This document shows, in pieces, positions 61,236 through 64,000 of a DNA stretch of 64,000 nt. The position numbers and the translations under genes are program-made. The notes beneath the pieces were generated by a model. It had not been told where the DNA came from, made no database searches, and saw only the letters and a program-made list of their open reading frames with translations. The stretch comes from a virus. Lineage: Duplodnaviria; Caudoviricetes. How positions within the stretch are numbered: the first letter of the stretch is position 1; each line of letters begins with the position of its first letter. Location of the stretch: positions 9,030 through 73,029 of IMG/VR virus record IMGVR_UViG_3300025196_000011; one strand, given 5' to 3'.

Positions 61236-62150
61236 ATGTCTGCAAACTTGCCCGCTTGCGTCATCGACTTTGAGGCAACCGATGCCACGCCCGAAGCGCA
61301 AGCAACTGAAATAGGTTATTGCGGCGTCGCCTTTTCTGACAAAGGGGTTTTAAACCCGCTTCACATGCCAGCGGCCATGTTATGCAAGCCTGAGCGGCCA
61401 ATCAGCTACGGCGCGATGGCTATTACCGGTATTTGCCCCGAGGACGTGGCCGATAAACCCGACCATACCCAAGTCGTTAGTTATTACATGCCTGTCGTGC
61501 CGGCTTATATCATTGGCCACAATATTGATTATGACATTCAAGTCGCTAAAAATGCCGGCGTTGATACCAGTCAATACAAGCTAATTTGCACGCTAGCGAT
61601 TGCCCGCAAGCTATACCCTGATATTGAACACAGCTTAGGCGCGCTGCTTTACCGCTTCCACTACGACGAAGCGCGTAAACATGCCAACCAAGCCCACAGC
61701 GCCGCTATGGACGTTCGGTTCTGCATCATTTTGCTACGCGGCTTTTGTATCGAGGCGGGCATTACTGATATGCAATCGTTATATGAGTATAGCGAGGCGG
61801 CGCGCATACCTGAGCGTATGCCGATGGGTAAGCATAAAGGCGAAAGCATTAACGAGATTGCCAGTACCGCCGATGGCCGCGCGTATTTCTTATGGGTTAT
61901 TACTGACATTAAAGATAACCCTTACTTGATACAAGCGGTGCAAGCGACGCTTATAGGTAGTCGTTTGCAATGCACCAAAGGCGGCCTATATTTCAACAAA
62001 GGCCAAGATTATGTGATTGATAAATTCTTGAGCCGTAACACGCTTAAATTTAAAGATATGAGCGAGGTTTTTAACGTGTCACTTGATAAAAAAGCGGTCA
62101 TTATCACGATAGTAAGCGGCAATGAAGCCGCCAGCTTCAAGGTAGTTTAG
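61236..62150 (+). CDS. DnaQ-like (DEDDh, ExoX-type) 3'-5' exonuclease with C-terminal MPMGKHKG module
   Basis: IDFEAT, IGHNIDYD, HSAAMDV; MPMGKHKGESI...YFLWV. Confidence 0.85.
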   Translation: MSANLPACVIDFEATDATPEAQATEIGYCGVAFSDKGVLNPLHMPAAMLCKPERPISYGAMAITGICPEDVADKPDHTQVVSYYMPVVPAYIIGHNIDYDIQVAKNAGVDTSQYKLICTLAIARKLYPDIEHSLGALLYRFHYDEARKHANQAHSAAMDVRFCIILLRGFCIEAGITDMQSLYEYSEAARIPERMPMGKHKGESINEIASTADGRAYFLWVITDIKDNPYLIQAVQATLIGSRLQCTKGGLYFNKGQDYVIDKFLSRNTLKFKDMSEVFNVSLDKKAVIITIVSGNEAASFKVV

Positions 62151-62152
62151 CC

Positions 62153-62395
62153 ATGAGCGGCGGATTAATTGACCGATTTATGCGCGATGTAGCATGGCTT
62201 AGTCATCAAAATCCCGATGGCGTGGTTTATCACGCCAAACTTGTTAAATATACCGGCGTTAGTAGCCAAAACGCCGCCAAGTGGCTAAGTAATCGTGGCT
62301 GGCGGCCGGTCAACAAGGGCAGCGCTAAAAAGCCCTTTATTGAAAAATGGCTACCGCCGCCCCCTATGCTTAAGAAATCGTTAAGAGAAGAGTAA
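62153..62395 (+). CDS. Hypothetical protein
   Basis: ORF. Confidence 0.55.
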   Translation: MSGGLIDRFMRDVAWLSHQNPDGVVYHAKLVKYTGVSSQNAAKWLSNRGWRPVNKGSAKKPFIEKWLPPPPMLKKSLREE

Positions 62396-62397
62396 TT

Positions 62398-62586
62398 ATG
62401 GATTTATACGGTATTGAATATGAGCCGCTTTATAACGGCCTTGAATATCCAACGCCTTTCACTGAACTGGTACGCTGCACCAACTGCAAGCGTTACGGCA
62501 ATGTAGAGGTAGGCGTTTTTGGATGTCCAGACTGCGAGAGTATGGGCACGTTAATCGACATTGAACCCCACGAAATTAGAGACTAA
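62398..62586 (+). CDS. Small Zn-ribbon protein
   Basis: CTNC...CPDC. Confidence 0.65.
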   Translation: MDLYGIEYEPLYNGLEYPTPFTELVRCTNCKRYGNVEVGVFGCPDCESMGTLIDIEPHEIRD

Positions 62587-62599
62587 TAAGGAGACTGTC

Positions 62600-62812
62600 A
62601 TGCCTGTTGAATGGGTATCCCTCACTGATTTATGTAATGAGCTTAACATGGATAAGCGCACGTTTAAGGCCAGCTACTTAGATGAAAACCCGCCGCAACG
62701 CCACGTTGGCAACCGCCGGTCATGGACACGCACCGACGCCGATAGAATCAAGCGCGAGGTTTTGGGTATCGAGACTTACGACTACGCCGACCATGAAGAT
62801 GAAACGGCTTGA
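62600..62812 (+). CDS. Excisionase/AlpA-like protein (start refined to ATG 62600)
   Basis: WVSLTDLCNELNMDKRTF...RRSWTRTD; AAGGAG RBS; convergent with int. Confidence 0.7.
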   Translation: MPVEWVSLTDLCNELNMDKRTFKASYLDENPPQRHVGNRRSWTRTDADRIKREVLGIETYDYADHEDETA

Positions 62813-62819
62813 TTAAACT

Positions 62820-62853
62820 AAATAGGGTAAGCAGCGCTTGCCCTATTTTTTTT
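62820..62853. terminator. Bidirectional terminator between xis and int
   Basis: AAATAGGGTAAGC...GCTTGCCCTATTTTTTTT. Confidence 0.75.
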
Positions 62854-64000
62854 CGGCTGCGTTTTGCTCAATCCAAGGTGACACGATGGCCGCCCACCAG
62901 TCCATAAGTCTTACGCGCTCATTCCAATACTTAGCGCGGTTATAGGCGGCGCGGCCTTTATTGAGGGGAACGTGGGCTAAATGTCGCTCAATCACGTCCT
63001 TATCAAACTCTTTGGATTCATTGGCCGTGGTAGATAGCAGCGCCCTAAATCCGTGCGTGGTCATCTTACCGGTATAACCGGCGCGCTTGATAGCAGCAAG
63101 CGGCGTTTCTATCGGCATGTGTTCCCAAGGCTGTTTGCTGTTTTTGAAAATATACTCGTCATCGTGCCGGCGCTCGTATAAATCCCTAAGTATCGCAAGC
63201 GGCTTTTCGGACAGCGGTATCATGTGTTCTAAGCGCATTTTCATGCGGTGCGCGGGTATCAGCCAAACGCCCTTATCTAAGTCAAACTCGCCGGTATCCC
63301 AGCGCGCTTTTGCAAGCTCACTTGGCCGACAAGCAAGGTAATTATAAAGCGCCAATGCTTGCTTGGTGCTGTGGTTCATATCCATATAATTAATGGCTGT
63401 CCAAAATTTAGGCATTTCACTAATCGGCAACGAGGCCATATTTTTAACCTTGCGCGCCGGTATCATCTTATCGACCAAGGTACACGGGTTCGCTTGCACG
63501 TACTCTTTTGCAATCGCATAATCAAACACTGATTTAAGTAGACGCAAGCAGCGATTGGCCGTTTCAATATTGCCTTTTGCGACTATATCGCCAATGGCCG
63601 CCGATACCTGAGCGCGCGTAACCTCGTTTGCCTTGGTTTTGGTCATGTATTCTGTCACCAATTCTAAGCGGTAAACGACGGTGTAATGGTATTTTTCACT
63701 TGACCAATTGGGGCTATAAACGTCTATCCATTCTTTAACCAAGGCGTCTATCAAAATGTCGCTATACCCCATAATGGCCTGTCTTTGTAAATCCTGCGCC
63801 ATAATGCGCGCGTCCTTAAGCGACAAGATAGGATACGTGCCTAATTTGGTTCGTGTACGCTTGCCGTTTTTGGTGTACGACAATATCCAAGATTTTTGAC
63901 CGCTTGGCATGACGTCAATATGCAAGCCGTCGCCGCAAGCCTTGGAATACCTTTTGTCATCAGGCTTTAACGCCTTTATCTGTTGGTCTTTAATTAGCAT
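62843..64000 (-). CDS. int: P4-family tyrosine integrase
   Basis: Arm-binding N-domain (IKALKP...GDGLHI.V..SG.KSW); ACRPSEL, HGFR, LAH, AAYNR catalytic residues. Confidence 0.95.
   Translation of the reverse strand: MLIKDQQIKALKPDDKRYSKACGDGLHIDVMPSGQKSWILSYTKNGKRTRTKLGTYPILSLKDARIMAQDLQRQAIMGYSDILIDALVKEWIDVYSPNWSSEKYHYTVVYRLELVTEYMTKTKANEVTRAQVSAAIGDIVAKGNIETANRCLRLLKSVFDYAIAKEYVQANPCTLVDKMIPARKVKNMASLPISEMPKFWTAINYMDMNHSTKQALALYNYLACRPSELAKARWDTGEFDLDKGVWLIPAHRMKMRLEHMIPLSEKPLAILRDLYERRHDDEYIFKNSKQPWEHMPIETPLAAIKRAGYTGKMTTHGFRALLSTTANESKEFDKDVIERHLAHVPLNKGRAAYNRAKYWNERVRLMDWWAAIVSPWIEQNAAEKK

Larger units (their letters stand above)
1..64000. mobile_element. Integrative prophage with P1-like contractile-tail virion module and lambdoid early/immunity region (left part and att sites outside window)
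   Basis: Continuous phage gene content: capsid, portal, terminase, protease, sheath, tube, baseplate, lysis, cI/cro/cII, replication genes, xis and integrase; no host housekeeping genes seen. Confidence 0.95.

Noticed and set aside
63950-64000. attL/attR site or target tRNA
   Set aside because: The integrase ATG is at the last base, so the att site must lie outside the window; no duplicated core was seen

Overview
The whole window is one apparently intact prophage of a gammaproteobacterium (a Moraxellaceae-like host is a guess). It runs from a DarB gene cut by the left edge to a P4-type tyrosine integrase whose ATG sits at 64000. From 1 to 45.8 kb the minus strand carries a P1-like myovirus virion module: DarB, lysis genes, a 1683-aa DarA, portal, spike, hub, tube, baseplate, Hdf-like protein, sheath, capsid, tail fibres, intein-containing terminase, prohead protease and tape measure. 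From 45.9 to 64 kb lies a lambdoid early region: DnaC-type loader, initiator with internal iterons, cII/cro/cI switch with 14-bp operators, ERF, SSB, exonuclease, xis and int. The main finding is that the contractile tail sheath looks split in the manner of T6SS TssB/TssC. The sheath core gene (20782-22158) lacks the ~90-aa N-terminal sheath domain. That domain is instead encoded four times in adjacent genes, each with a different C-terminal extension (8 Ig-like repeats, Cys-bracketed variable domains, or a short tail), which suggests a plug-in display system on the tail. Other observations: a 12-site late promoter motif GGAACACC-N25/26-(-10); an F-D-[SA] prohead-protease motif in place of P1's E-[SA]; a VgrG3-like muramidase in the tape measure followed by a low-GC lipoprotein (a possible effector/immunity or exclusion pair); a mini-intein in the terminase Walker A; and two candidate antisense sRNAs. 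All homologies come from motif recognition and recalled sequences, not from database searches.
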